DNA of 64,000 nucleotides from an uncultured delta proteobacterium (GTDB lineage Bacteria; Desulfobacterota; Binatia; UBA9968): NCBI GenBank assembly GCA_963816145.1, contig CAWFJP010000004.1, positions 352,001 to 416,000 of the forward strand, read 5' to 3'. Shown piece by piece: positions 31,487 to 39,607 of this stretch (position 1 is its first letter; each line of letters starts with the position of its first letter). The notes under the pieces were generated by a model. It saw only the letters and a program-made list of their open reading frames with translations, ran no database searches and was not told where the DNA came from. The position numbers and the translations under genes were made by a program.

Positions 31487-31505
31487 GCGGAGAAGGAGCG
31501 TTCGC

Positions 31506-32861
31506 ATGTCTTTAATCAGAGTATCACGCATGGCTATTTTGGCTCTTGCAATGGCGGTTGCCCTGCCGGCAAGGGCGCAACAACCGTCCGTGACACCGAC
31601 TCCGGCGCCGAGTCCTAATCAACCGAGCCCAAGTACTCAGCAGCCGCCAGTTCCCGGTGATCCCAACGTGCCTCCAGGACCGCGGCCGCCGGTTTTGCCA
31701 CGGCGTATCCCCGCGCCCGTGCAAGTCCCTCCTGGGCAAGCGCCTGCTCCCGCAGCCGTTCCGGGACCTCCTCTTCCGACCCCATTGCCGCCGAATCAGG
31801 CGCCGCCAGTTGGTGGCGATTCCAGCGCCCCGGCGCCGCAACCTGCGCCAGCGATTCCCGTGCCGTCAGCGCGGCGCGGCATTTCCGGACAGTCCATTCC
31901 CGCCGGCGGCATGGTTTCGCTTAACTTTAACCGCGCTGACCTGGTCGAAATCATCCACATCATCGCCCAACAATTAAGGTTGACCTACACCATCGATCCC
32001 GAGGTCAAAGGTACGGTTACGATCAATAGCGCTGAGCCGCTACGCTCAGAGGATTTGATGCCGATATTCCACCAGCTTTTACGCATGAATGGCGCGGTGG
32101 CGGTGCGCACCGGCAACCTTTATCACATCATGCCGATCAAAGACGGCAAGGGGTTAGCACGCCCGTTGGCGCAAGGGCGCGAAGATAGTTTTGCCTTGCA
32201 GCTCATCCCGGTGCGATTTTTTACGGTCGCCGAAATGAAGCGGGTTTTGACGCCGTTTTTGCAGCCGGGCGCTGAGATCGTCGATAATCCGCGCGGCAAT
32301 TTCTTGATCGTGATGGACACGCCGCTCAATATACAGCGTCTTGTGGAAATCGCCGATCTCATCGACGTTCAAGTGTTTGCCGGCACGCGCATGGAGATTT
32401 ATCAGCCGAGAATTGCCAGCGCCGAGGAATTGTCGCAAGAGATGACTAAAGTCATGCAGTCGTTTTCCGCCTCCTCGCCCCAATCCGAAAACTTTGCCGC
32501 GCAGTTCATCCCGCTGCCAAGAATCAACCAGCTACTGGTGATCGCCCACAGCGAAGCCGCCTGGACCTACGCTAAACGTTGGCTCGACCGCATCGACGTG
32601 GTTGCCGAAGGCCCGGGTCGTAGGATATTTATCTATCCGGTGGAGAACGGTAAGGCGACGGAGCTAGCTGATGTGCTTAGTCAAGCGCTCGGTCTGCCTT
32701 CGACGGGTTCAAAAGTAAGCACGCAAACTTTGCAGAGTATCCATCGCTCGTCATCAAGCAGCTCCAACCAATCTGGTAACTACGGCCAGTCAAGTGGCTC
32801 GAGTCAGTTTGGTTCGGGTCAGTTTGGTTCGGGGAGTATGCAGCAGGGGCAAACACGATGA
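31506..32861 (+). CDS. gspD: Secretin N-terminal part: signal peptide, Pro-rich linker, N0-N1-N2 and first half of N3
   Basis: AAGGAG RBS, ARA|Q signal, VSLNFNRADL (N0), IFIYPVENGKATELADVL (start of N3). Ends in a Ser/Gly/Gln low-complexity loop. Confidence 0.85.
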   Translation: MSLIRVSRMAILALAMAVALPARAQQPSVTPTPAPSPNQPSPSTQQPPVPGDPNVPPGPRPPVLPRRIPAPVQVPPGQAPAPAAVPGPPLPTPLPPNQAPPVGGDSSAPAPQPAPAIPVPSARRGISGQSIPAGGMVSLNFNRADLVEIIHIIAQQLRLTYTIDPEVKGTVTINSAEPLRSEDLMPIFHQLLRMNGAVAVRTGNLYHIMPIKDGKGLARPLAQGREDSFALQLIPVRFFTVAEMKRVLTPFLQPGAEIVDNPRGNFLIVMDTPLNIQRLVEIADLIDVQVFAGTRMEIYQPRIASAEELSQEMTKVMQSFSASSPQSENFAAQFIPLPRINQLLVIAHSEAAWTYAKRWLDRIDVVAEGPGRRIFIYPVENGKATELADVLSQALGLPSTGSKVSTQTLQSIHRSSSSSSNQSGNYGQSSGSSQFGSGQFGSGSMQQGQTR

Positions 32862-34654
32862 AAAAATTTATCGCCCTATGGCTCATCCTAATCGTCGCAA
32901 ACTTTTCCGGTGCGCAGGCACAAAACCGTGCCGGAGCGTTCGCAGCGGCAGCCGCGCCCGGCCAAGTCCCAGTGCCGGCAGCGGCCACCCCCCAACTCAC
33001 CACACCGCCGGGACCTGGTAGCCCGAGACCAGCTACCCCGGGCCAACCTGGCCAGCAGCAGCAACAGGAGCAGTTGCGTGTCGTTGCCGACCCCGCGACC
33101 AACTCACTGATTATCTACGGAACGGTCCAGGAGTATCAAAACGTCAAGAACATCCTGAAAGAATTGGACGCGGTCCCACGGCAGGTGTTGATCGAAGCGA
33201 TGATATTGCAAATCGATCTAAAAGATGCCGAAGATTTCGGGGTTGACTATCAGCTGTTCACAAAATCGCGGCAGACTATCTTTGGAAAGACTTTTGGCTC
33301 GAATGCTGTGATCACGTCATTGGGGGCGAAACTGTCCCCCGCCGCACCATTTTTCGCAGGTGTAAATGGACTTACTGCAATCGTTGGCGATGATACAGTA
33401 TCCGCATTAATTCGTGCTGCGGCGACGGATTCTCGAATAAAGCTGATCTCATCTCCCAGCGTGATTGCCAGCGACAATAAGCCAGCGCGGATTCAAGTCG
33501 GCAGCGAGGAGCCAATCGCGACAGGTAGCGTCCAGGCGGCAACCGGTGCGGTTGCAAGTCTTTCAACCTCCACGACCATTCAGTACCGTAATACCGGCCG
33601 GATTTTGACAATCATCCCCCAGGTTAATTCGCAAGGCTTGGTCAATTTGCAGATCAAAGCTGAAGTTAGTGCGCGCGGTGACGATGTGACGGTTGGACAA
33701 GACAAATACCCCGCGTTCAATACCCAGGACGCGGAAACGACCGCTGTGGTTCAGGACGGTGACACGCTGGTCATCGGCGGACTTATCGGTGAGCTCAAAA
33801 GAAAGGCGCGGGTCGGCGTTCCCTACTTGATGGACATCCCGGTCATCGGCCGCTTCTTTGGCACTACCAGCGATGAATCCAGTCGCACCGAACTCATCAT
33901 GTTGATCACGCCGCGGGTCATTCGCAATCGGAGTGACTCTCGCGTGGTTACGGCAGAATTTAAAGCCGGTTTAGAGAAAGTCAGAACCGAGCTTGAACGT
34001 TATGAGAGGGACCGCGCGAAATTACTGCCGCCACCACCGCTGCCGCCACTGCCGGATCCAAACCAGTATTATCAATACGATCAGCAGCAGCCAGCACCGA
34101 CCAATCCGCCCGTTGGGCCGCGAACTTCGCTGCCGCCGGTGGTTGGCAACATCATGATCTTTTCGAATGATCCAATCACCGGTCGGATGATGCCGCCGAT
34201 GGCTGTACCGCAGGAGTCGGTTCCAGTTGCACTTGAGCAAACCCAACCTGTGGCTACAAAGCCCCTTGAGCAACTGAGTCGAAGCGCGGCCCCGGTGTTA
34301 CCAGCACCACCGGCCTATATGCTATCGTTTACGTCAGCGCCGCCGGTAGCCGCGCCTGCTGCTCCAGCGGTTCCAGTGATTCCGGCGCAGCAGCAAAAGC
34401 AAAAGTCTGCCGATCCCCGACGGATTTGGACCGTGCAAGTTGCTGCGATCGCGGAATCTAGCGCTGCCGAATCGTTGGCGCAGAAATTGCGCCGATTGGG
34501 ATACGACGCTTATATTCGCATCATCAAGAGCGAAACTAAGACCTGGCATCGGGTGCGGGTCGGGCAGCTGGAAAGCCAAAAAGATGCGGCTGACCTGCGC
34601 AACATCCTCAGCGCCAAGAAAGAACACAAAGACGCGTATATTGCTCTCTATTAG
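32858..34654 (+). CDS. gspD: Secretin C-terminal part: own signal peptide, second half of N3, secretin barrel, Pro-rich linker, SPOR domain
   Basis: MKKFIALWLILIVANFSGAQA|Q, VVADPATNSLII, PRQVLIEA, VPYLMDIPVIGRFF, ELIMLITPRVI, WTVQVAA...WHRVRVG. ATGA overlap with the upstream ORF. Confidence 0.88.
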   Translation: MKKFIALWLILIVANFSGAQAQNRAGAFAAAAAPGQVPVPAAATPQLTTPPGPGSPRPATPGQPGQQQQQEQLRVVADPATNSLIIYGTVQEYQNVKNILKELDAVPRQVLIEAMILQIDLKDAEDFGVDYQLFTKSRQTIFGKTFGSNAVITSLGAKLSPAAPFFAGVNGLTAIVGDDTVSALIRAAATDSRIKLISSPSVIASDNKPARIQVGSEEPIATGSVQAATGAVASLSTSTTIQYRNTGRILTIIPQVNSQGLVNLQIKAEVSARGDDVTVGQDKYPAFNTQDAETTAVVQDGDTLVIGGLIGELKRKARVGVPYLMDIPVIGRFFGTTSDESSRTELIMLITPRVIRNRSDSRVVTAEFKAGLEKVRTELERYERDRAKLLPPPPLPPLPDPNQYYQYDQQQPAPTNPPVGPRTSLPPVVGNIMIFSNDPITGRMMPPMAVPQESVPVALEQTQPVATKPLEQLSRSAAPVLPAPPAYMLSFTSAPPVAAPAAPAVPVIPAQQQKQKSADPRRIWTVQVAAIAESSAAESLAQKLRRLGYDAYIRIIKSETKTWHRVRVGQLESQKDAADLRNILSAKKEHKDAYIALY

Positions 34655-34676
34655 TTTGCACCGAATTTTTTGATCC

Positions 34677-34713
34677 GCCGCCCATGAGTCGAACTCATCG
34701 GGCGGCTTTTTTT
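34677..34713 (+). terminator. Rho-independent terminator ending the T2SS operon
   Basis: GCCGCCC-ATGAG loop CTCAT-C-GGGCGGC stem followed by T7. Confidence 0.85.
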
Positions 34714-34802
34714 GGCCGCGCGTTGGCGTTAGCGCGTGTAGGCCGATAGTCAAATTCGTGAGGAGCGCCGACCGGCGCCGATTTTGTTCGCGTTATTCGC
34801 TT

Positions 34803-34811
34803 TGTTATAAT
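34803..34811 (+). promoter_or_regulatory. Candidate extended -10 sigma70 promoter
   Basis: TG-T-TATAAT, a perfect extended -10, in the intergenic region after the terminator. Confidence 0.45.
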
Positions 34812-34948
34812 TTGCCTGAAACCCAAAGGGGTGAGTTCGACAGCTTTAAACCTTGCTGTGTTGATCCCCGCCAAGCGTCATTCCGGCCTAGAAATCCAAG
34901 CCGCTATGAGGATTGGCGACGTTGATCCAAGGGGTGAAAGAGAGTATG

Positions 34949-34976
34949 TTGACTCGATTTCCGACAAGGCTATAGC
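34949..34976 (+). promoter_or_regulatory. Candidate sigma70 promoter for the cox/prFMN operon
   Basis: TTGACT-N16-TATAGC about 100 bp upstream of the likely start codon. Confidence 0.4.
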
Positions 34977-35079
34977 CATTGGCGGAGGGGTTCTGGGGGC
35001 GATATTGCATTCGTATCCAAGCCTTACGATTCCCGCCGAACTGGTGCTGGAAAAATTAACTGCAAAGGATGAAGCGCGC

Positions 35080-36000
35080 GTGGATCCGAAACAGCTGACC
35101 ATCGAGCAAGTTCAAGAAATTCTTCTCAAAGAAAAATATGTCTGCGACCGTTCTCTGGCGACCGTAGTTTATTTGTCGTTGGTGATGGGCAAACCGCTTC
35201 TTCTAGAGGGCGAAGCGGGGGTCGGCAAGACCGAGATCGCCAAGGTGTTGTCCAAGGTCTTGGGCGCGCGGCTGATCCGTTTGCAGTGCTACGAAGGGCT
35301 CGATGCCAGTACCGCGCTCTACGAGTGGAACTACCCTAAGCAGATGCTCCATATCAAGCTCGAAGAGATCGAGCGCGGCGATAAGAAGCAGGTTGAGACC
35401 GAGATCTTTACTCAAGACTACCTGGTTAAACGGCCGTTGCTCGACGCGATCCAGAGCGAGGATACCATCCCGCCGGTGCTGTTGATCGACGAGATCGACC
35501 GCGCCGATATGGAGTTCGAGGCGTTTCTACTCGAAGTCTTGTCCGATTTTCAGATCACTATTCCCGAGTTGGGCACGGTGACGGCAAAGCATCGGCCCTA
35601 TGTGTTTCTCACCTCCAACCGCACGCGGGAAATCCACGACGCTTTGAAGCGGCGCTGTTTGTATCACTGGATCGAGTATCCGACCTTCGACAAGGAATAC
35701 GAGATCATCACGACCAAGTTTCCCGAGGTCGAAACCAAAATGGCGCAGCAAATCTGCGCGTTCATGCAAAAAGTGCGCGAGATGAATTTCTACAAGCGTC
35801 CCGGTGTCGCCGAAACTTTGGATTGGGCCACGGCACTGATCGCGCTCAATCGCAAACAGTTGGATGACAAGTCGGTGATCGAGACCATGGGCTGCGTGTT
35901 CAAGTACCGGGAAGATTTGAGCCATCTGCGCGAGCAAGTGGAAAACCGCCAATTCAGTCTCGATGCGCTGCTGCGCACCTCGCCGGAGCTCGTGAGTTAG
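35080..36000 (+). CDS. MoxR-family AAA+ ATPase (CoxD-like)
   Basis: LLLEGEAGVGKTE, RLQCYEGLD, YEWNY, LLIDEIDRAD, TSNRTRE.HDALKRRC. GTG start inferred. Confidence 0.9.
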   Translation: MDPKQLTIEQVQEILLKEKYVCDRSLATVVYLSLVMGKPLLLEGEAGVGKTEIAKVLSKVLGARLIRLQCYEGLDASTALYEWNYPKQMLHIKLEEIERGDKKQVETEIFTQDYLVKRPLLDAIQSEDTIPPVLLIDEIDRADMEFEAFLLEVLSDFQITIPELGTVTAKHRPYVFLTSNRTREIHDALKRRCLYHWIEYPTFDKEYEIITTKFPEVETKMAQQICAFMQKVREMNFYKRPGVAETLDWATALIALNRKQLDDKSVIETMGCVFKYREDLSHLREQVENRQFSLDALLRTSPELVS

Positions 36001-36006
36001 GGATCG

Positions 36007-37221
36007 ATGGATATCACTCCCGAAACAGTCGCGGAGGCGGTCAACAAAGTCGCCTCGGCACGCGGCAAAGGCACTTTGCCGAACATCATGGCGTTTGGCC
36101 GCGCCTTGAAACAGCTCGGCGTCAAGGTCAGCTTGAGCCAGCTACTCGATGCCTCGCGTTCGGCGGATCTGGTCGACATTTCCGAGCGTGGCGATTTCCG
36201 CGCGCTGTTACGCGCCAACTTGATTTCGCAAAAGGAAGACTTTCCGGTCTTCGATATGCTATTCGATTGTTTCTGGCGCGAGCAGAGCTATGAGCGCGTG
36301 CCGATGGAAACCATGGATATTCAAGGCACGCCCACCGAGTCTCAAGCCCCGGAGGGCGGCGATGAGGAAGGCGGCATGGAAGAGGCTGCCACCGAGGCGA
36401 TCGCCAATGAGAATTTGCCGCTGGAGAATCTCGACGAGTTCGCGGTGCCGACCTATAGCGCGCAGGAGCTGATGAACCGCAAGGACTTCAGCGAGATGGG
36501 CACCGAGGAAAGCCGCGCCATCGCCCGAGCGATTCTGCTCATCGCTACCAAGATCGCCACCCAGATCAGCCGGCGCAAGAAGATCGGTCGCAAAGGTCCG
36601 GTGATCGACCCGCGTACGACCATGCGGCGAAGCATGAAGTTTGGCGGCGAAGTGATCGAGATGTCGCACCGCAAACGGCGCATCAAGAAAACCAAAGTCG
36701 TGCTCTTGTGCGATGTTAGCGGCTCGATGGACTGTTACAGCCGGTTTCTGATTCAGTTCATGTACGGTCTTCAGAATGAGCTGTGGGGCGTCGAGACTTT
36801 CGTTTTTAGCACATCGCTCAGCCGGATCACCCATCTGATCCGCACCAAGAATATCGTCGATGCGTTGGATAAGATTTCCGGCACGATCCTCGGCTGGTCC
36901 GGCGGCACCAACATCGGCCGCTCGTTGCACACTTTTAACCGCAACTTCGCGCCGAGCATGGTGACCCACCGCACGGTAGTGGTGATCATCAGCGACGGTT
37001 GGGACCGCGGCGACGTCAGTTTGCTCGAAAAGGAAATGCAGGATATCAAGCGGCGCGCCAAGAAAATCATTTGGCTCAATCCCTTGCTGGCGAGCGAGAA
37101 CTACGAACCGCTGTGCAAAGGCATGCAGGCGGCGTTGCCGTATTTGGATATGTTTTTGTCGGTGCACAATGTCAACAGTTTGGTTGCGTTAGGGCGGACC
37201 TTGCAGAAGATGGTGGCGTGA
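36007..37221 (+). CDS. VWA domain protein (CoxE-like)
   Basis: CDVSGSM MIDAS motif, WSGGTNIG, ISDGWDRG, WLNPL. Confidence 0.9.
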   Translation: MDITPETVAEAVNKVASARGKGTLPNIMAFGRALKQLGVKVSLSQLLDASRSADLVDISERGDFRALLRANLISQKEDFPVFDMLFDCFWREQSYERVPMETMDIQGTPTESQAPEGGDEEGGMEEAATEAIANENLPLENLDEFAVPTYSAQELMNRKDFSEMGTEESRAIARAILLIATKIATQISRRKKIGRKGPVIDPRTTMRRSMKFGGEVIEMSHRKRRIKKTKVVLLCDVSGSMDCYSRFLIQFMYGLQNELWGVETFVFSTSLSRITHLIRTKNIVDALDKISGTILGWSGGTNIGRSLHTFNRNFAPSMVTHRTVVVIISDGWDRGDVSLLEKEMQDIKRRAKKIIWLNPLLASENYEPLCKGMQAALPYLDMFLSVHNVNSLVALGRTLQKMVA

Positions 37222-37320
37222 TTAGAATTGATAATGGATAATTGAGCATGGAAAATGACGGACTGGGAGTGGTGCGGTTATCGCGCCCTTTTCTATCCTC
37301 AATCTTCTATCCTCGATTCT
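37222..37320. repeat. Degenerate short-period intergenic repeat
   Basis: ATTGATAATGGATAATTGA run and TCTATCCTCAATCTTCTATCCTCGATTCT (7/14-bp period). Confidence 0.4.
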
Positions 37321-37337
37321 AAACAGGAGGTCTGAAC

Positions 37338-37733
37338 ATGGCTGGACCCGGCGCTTGTTACACGGATGCGGACTTAGAAGCGAAGAAGAAAGACTCGATC
37401 TATCATCAGGTCAACGAGTTTCTCGCCAAGGGCGAGACCGTCGCGGTGGCGACCATCGTCTCGACCAAGGGCTCGACGCCGCGGGAAGTCGGCGCCAAAA
37501 TGGTGGTGACCGCTTGGGGTGAAATTTTGGGCACCATCGGCGGCGGCTGTGGCGAGGCCGACGTCAAGCGTGAAGCCGTCGAAGTGATCCGCTCGCGCAA
37601 GCCGCGCACCGTGCGCGTCGATTTGCTCGACGATATTTCCTCGGACAGTCCGGCGGTGTGCGGCGGCATCATGAATGTCTTTATCGATCCCTGGTGGCAG
37701 GAACGCGACGAGGAGGCGGCAAGCGGCAAATGA
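37338..37733 (+). CDS. XdhC/CoxI N-terminal domain protein
   Basis: ATIV...GSTPREVGAKM, GTIGGGCGE, CGGIMNVFID. Confidence 0.88.
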   Translation: MAGPGACYTDADLEAKKKDSIYHQVNEFLAKGETVAVATIVSTKGSTPREVGAKMVVTAWGEILGTIGGGCGEADVKREAVEVIRSRKPRTVRVDLLDDISSDSPAVCGGIMNVFIDPWWQERDEEAASGK

Positions 37734-38503
37734 GTTCGCTGTCCGAAGAATTAGTCAAAATCGCCGAGCAGGGCGAGGCGGCGGTCCTGGTGACCGTCGT
37801 TGAAGTGCAGGGCGATGGGCGGACCCAGCCCGGCGCCAAGTGTCTGATCCGCGACGGCAGGGCGCAGGTTGAAACCATCGGCGATGCCAAAGTGGTCGCC
37901 GTCCTGGAGCGTGAGAGCGAAACCCATGCGCGGGCGGAAAAATCTCAACTGGTTTCGCTGGCGATTCCCGACAGCACGATCAAGCTCGAAGCGTTCTTCG
38001 AAGTCATGCCGTCGCCGCCCAAGCTGATCGTCGTTGGCGCCGGTCATATCGCCGTGCCGCTGGTGAAGATCGCCAAGGTGCTCGATTTTCACGTCACGGT
38101 GATCGATGACCGTTTGCTCTTCGCCAATCGCGAGCGCTTCCCCGACGCCGATGAAGTTTTGACCGGCGACATGGCGCAGATGCTCAAGGAAATGACCATC
38201 ACGCCGTCATGCTATATTGTTTTGATTACCCGCGGCCATGCTTACGACGAGCCCTGTTTGCGCAACATCATTCACAGCAAGGCGAAATACATCGGCATGA
38301 TCGGTAGCCGGCGGCGCATCAAAGCGTGCTTTCAGCGTTTCCGAGATGAAGAGAAAATCACTGAGGAAGCGATCCAACGCATTTACGCGCCCATCGGCCT
38401 CGATATCGCCACGGAGACGCCGGCGGAAATCGCTTTGTCGATTCTCGGCGAGGTGATCAAGATCCGGCGCGGCGGCAAAGCCGCATCGCTGTCAGGCCAT
38501 TGA
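37730..38503 (+). CDS. XdhC family Moco chaperone (degenerate CoxI domain plus Rossmann domain)
   Basis: VVGAGHIA, DDR, TRGH..D, YIGMIGSRRR, APIGLDI..ETPAEIA. Confidence 0.9.
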   Translation: MSSLSEELVKIAEQGEAAVLVTVVEVQGDGRTQPGAKCLIRDGRAQVETIGDAKVVAVLERESETHARAEKSQLVSLAIPDSTIKLEAFFEVMPSPPKLIVVGAGHIAVPLVKIAKVLDFHVTVIDDRLLFANRERFPDADEVLTGDMAQMLKEMTITPSCYIVLITRGHAYDEPCLRNIIHSKAKYIGMIGSRRRIKACFQRFRDEEKITEEAIQRIYAPIGLDIATETPAEIALSILGEVIKIRRGGKAASLSGH

Positions 38504-38931
38504 TCGCGACCGCCGTGGCGAGTTTTGCACGCATGACCGGTACGATTTTCTCCGACCTGGGACAGGCGTCGCGGTTTATGGCGTTGGACTGGGTACAGGA
38601 GTTGTTCCATCAGTGTCTTGGGTACCATCCTTATCCGGCGACCCTGAATTTGCGGCCGGTGACGCCAGACGATTCGCAAGTGTGGCAACGGGTGCAATGC
38701 GAATTGGACGGGATCGCGCTGGCGACCGCAGCGGGCGGCCACTGTGCCGCCAAGCTGTACCGCGTCGAGATTGAAGCGTCCGCGAATTCGGCTCGAGTTG
38801 CTGGCGCGGTGGTGTTGCCCGAAGTAAAAGATTATCCGAGTGACAAAATCGAAGTGGTTGCGCCGTTGCGCTTGAAAGCACATCTGGGCGTTAAGGACGG
38901 CGATCGACTGATAGTGGAGTTTCTCAGGTGA
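38500..38931 (+). CDS. Archaeal-type CTP-dependent riboflavin kinase (RibK/DUF120)
   Basis: G.IFSDLGQA, LGYHPYPATLN (cf. PGTLN), IEVVAPLRLK..LGVKDGD. Alternative ATG at 38533. Confidence 0.75.
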   Translation: MIATAVASFARMTGTIFSDLGQASRFMALDWVQELFHQCLGYHPYPATLNLRPVTPDDSQVWQRVQCELDGIALATAAGGHCAAKLYRVEIEASANSARVAGAVVLPEVKDYPSDKIEVVAPLRLKAHLGVKDGDRLIVEFLR

Positions 38932-39587
38932 ACAACAAGAAGCGGCTTATTATCGGTGTTTCCGGCGCCACCGGCGCAATCTATGGCGTGCGCATGCTCG
39001 AGATCCTCGGCAAGATGGATGAGATCGAAACCCATCTGGTGCTCAGCAAAGCCGGCAAGATGACCATCCAAGTGGAGACGCCGTACTCGGTTAAAGAAGT
39101 CGAAGCGATGGCTGACGTGGTGCACGACATCAACAACGTCGGCGCGAGCATCTCCAGCGGCTCGTTTCGCACCGCCGGCATGGTGATCGTCCCCTGTTCG
39201 ATGAAATCCATGGGCGCAATAGCCCACTCGCTGGGCGGCGATCTGTTGGTGCGAGCCGCCGACGTAGTTTTGAAAGAACGAAAGAAACTTGTGGTGGTGG
39301 TGCGCGAGACACCGCTCCATCTGGGCCATCTCGAAGCAATGGCATCGCTCACCCGCATGGGTGCGATCATCTTCCCGCCGGTGCCGGCGTTTTACCATCG
39401 GCCGAAGACTTTGGACGACGTCATCAACCAGACGGTGACGCGGATACTCGATCAGTTCGACATCGATGTTAAATTGTTTCACCGCTGGGATGACGAGGGC
39501 ATGAGCCGTCATCCCGATGCCGCCAAGCCCAAACCGACGCCGATCAGCGCGGCCAAAGAGCGTAAGGAAGCGAAGAAGCTGCGCTAG
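38928..39587 (+). CDS. ubiX: Flavin prenyltransferase
   Basis: GVSGATGAIYG, ISSGSF, PCSM, RAADVVLKER, RETPL, PPVPAFYHRP. Confidence 0.95.
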   Translation: MNNKKRLIIGVSGATGAIYGVRMLEILGKMDEIETHLVLSKAGKMTIQVETPYSVKEVEAMADVVHDINNVGASISSGSFRTAGMVIVPCSMKSMGAIAHSLGGDLLVRAADVVLKERKKLVVVVRETPLHLGHLEAMASLTRMGAIIFPPVPAFYHRPKTLDDVINQTVTRILDQFDIDVKLFHRWDDEGMSRHPDAAKPKPTPISAAKERKEAKKLR

Positions 39588-39607
39588 CCTCGACGGCTCT
39601 CCGGACC

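Noticed and set aside
31326-31505. N-terminal extension of secretin ORF A from the ORF track
   Set aside because: It overlaps the gspC-like gene. The RBS and signal peptide point to the ATG at 31506.
32780-32930. gspD as a simple frameshifted pseudogene
   Set aside because: A fusion would put a hydrophobic signal-like segment in the middle of a polar loop. The ATGA coupling and intact flanking genes argue for a real split. Not fully excluded without reads.
34831-35079. N-terminal extension of the MoxR ATPase
   Set aside because: It does not resemble the family and contains promoter-like and hairpin sequence. The start at 35080 is more plausible.
36259-37167. 302-aa minus-strand ORF
   Set aside because: Antisense shadow of the CoxE-like gene.
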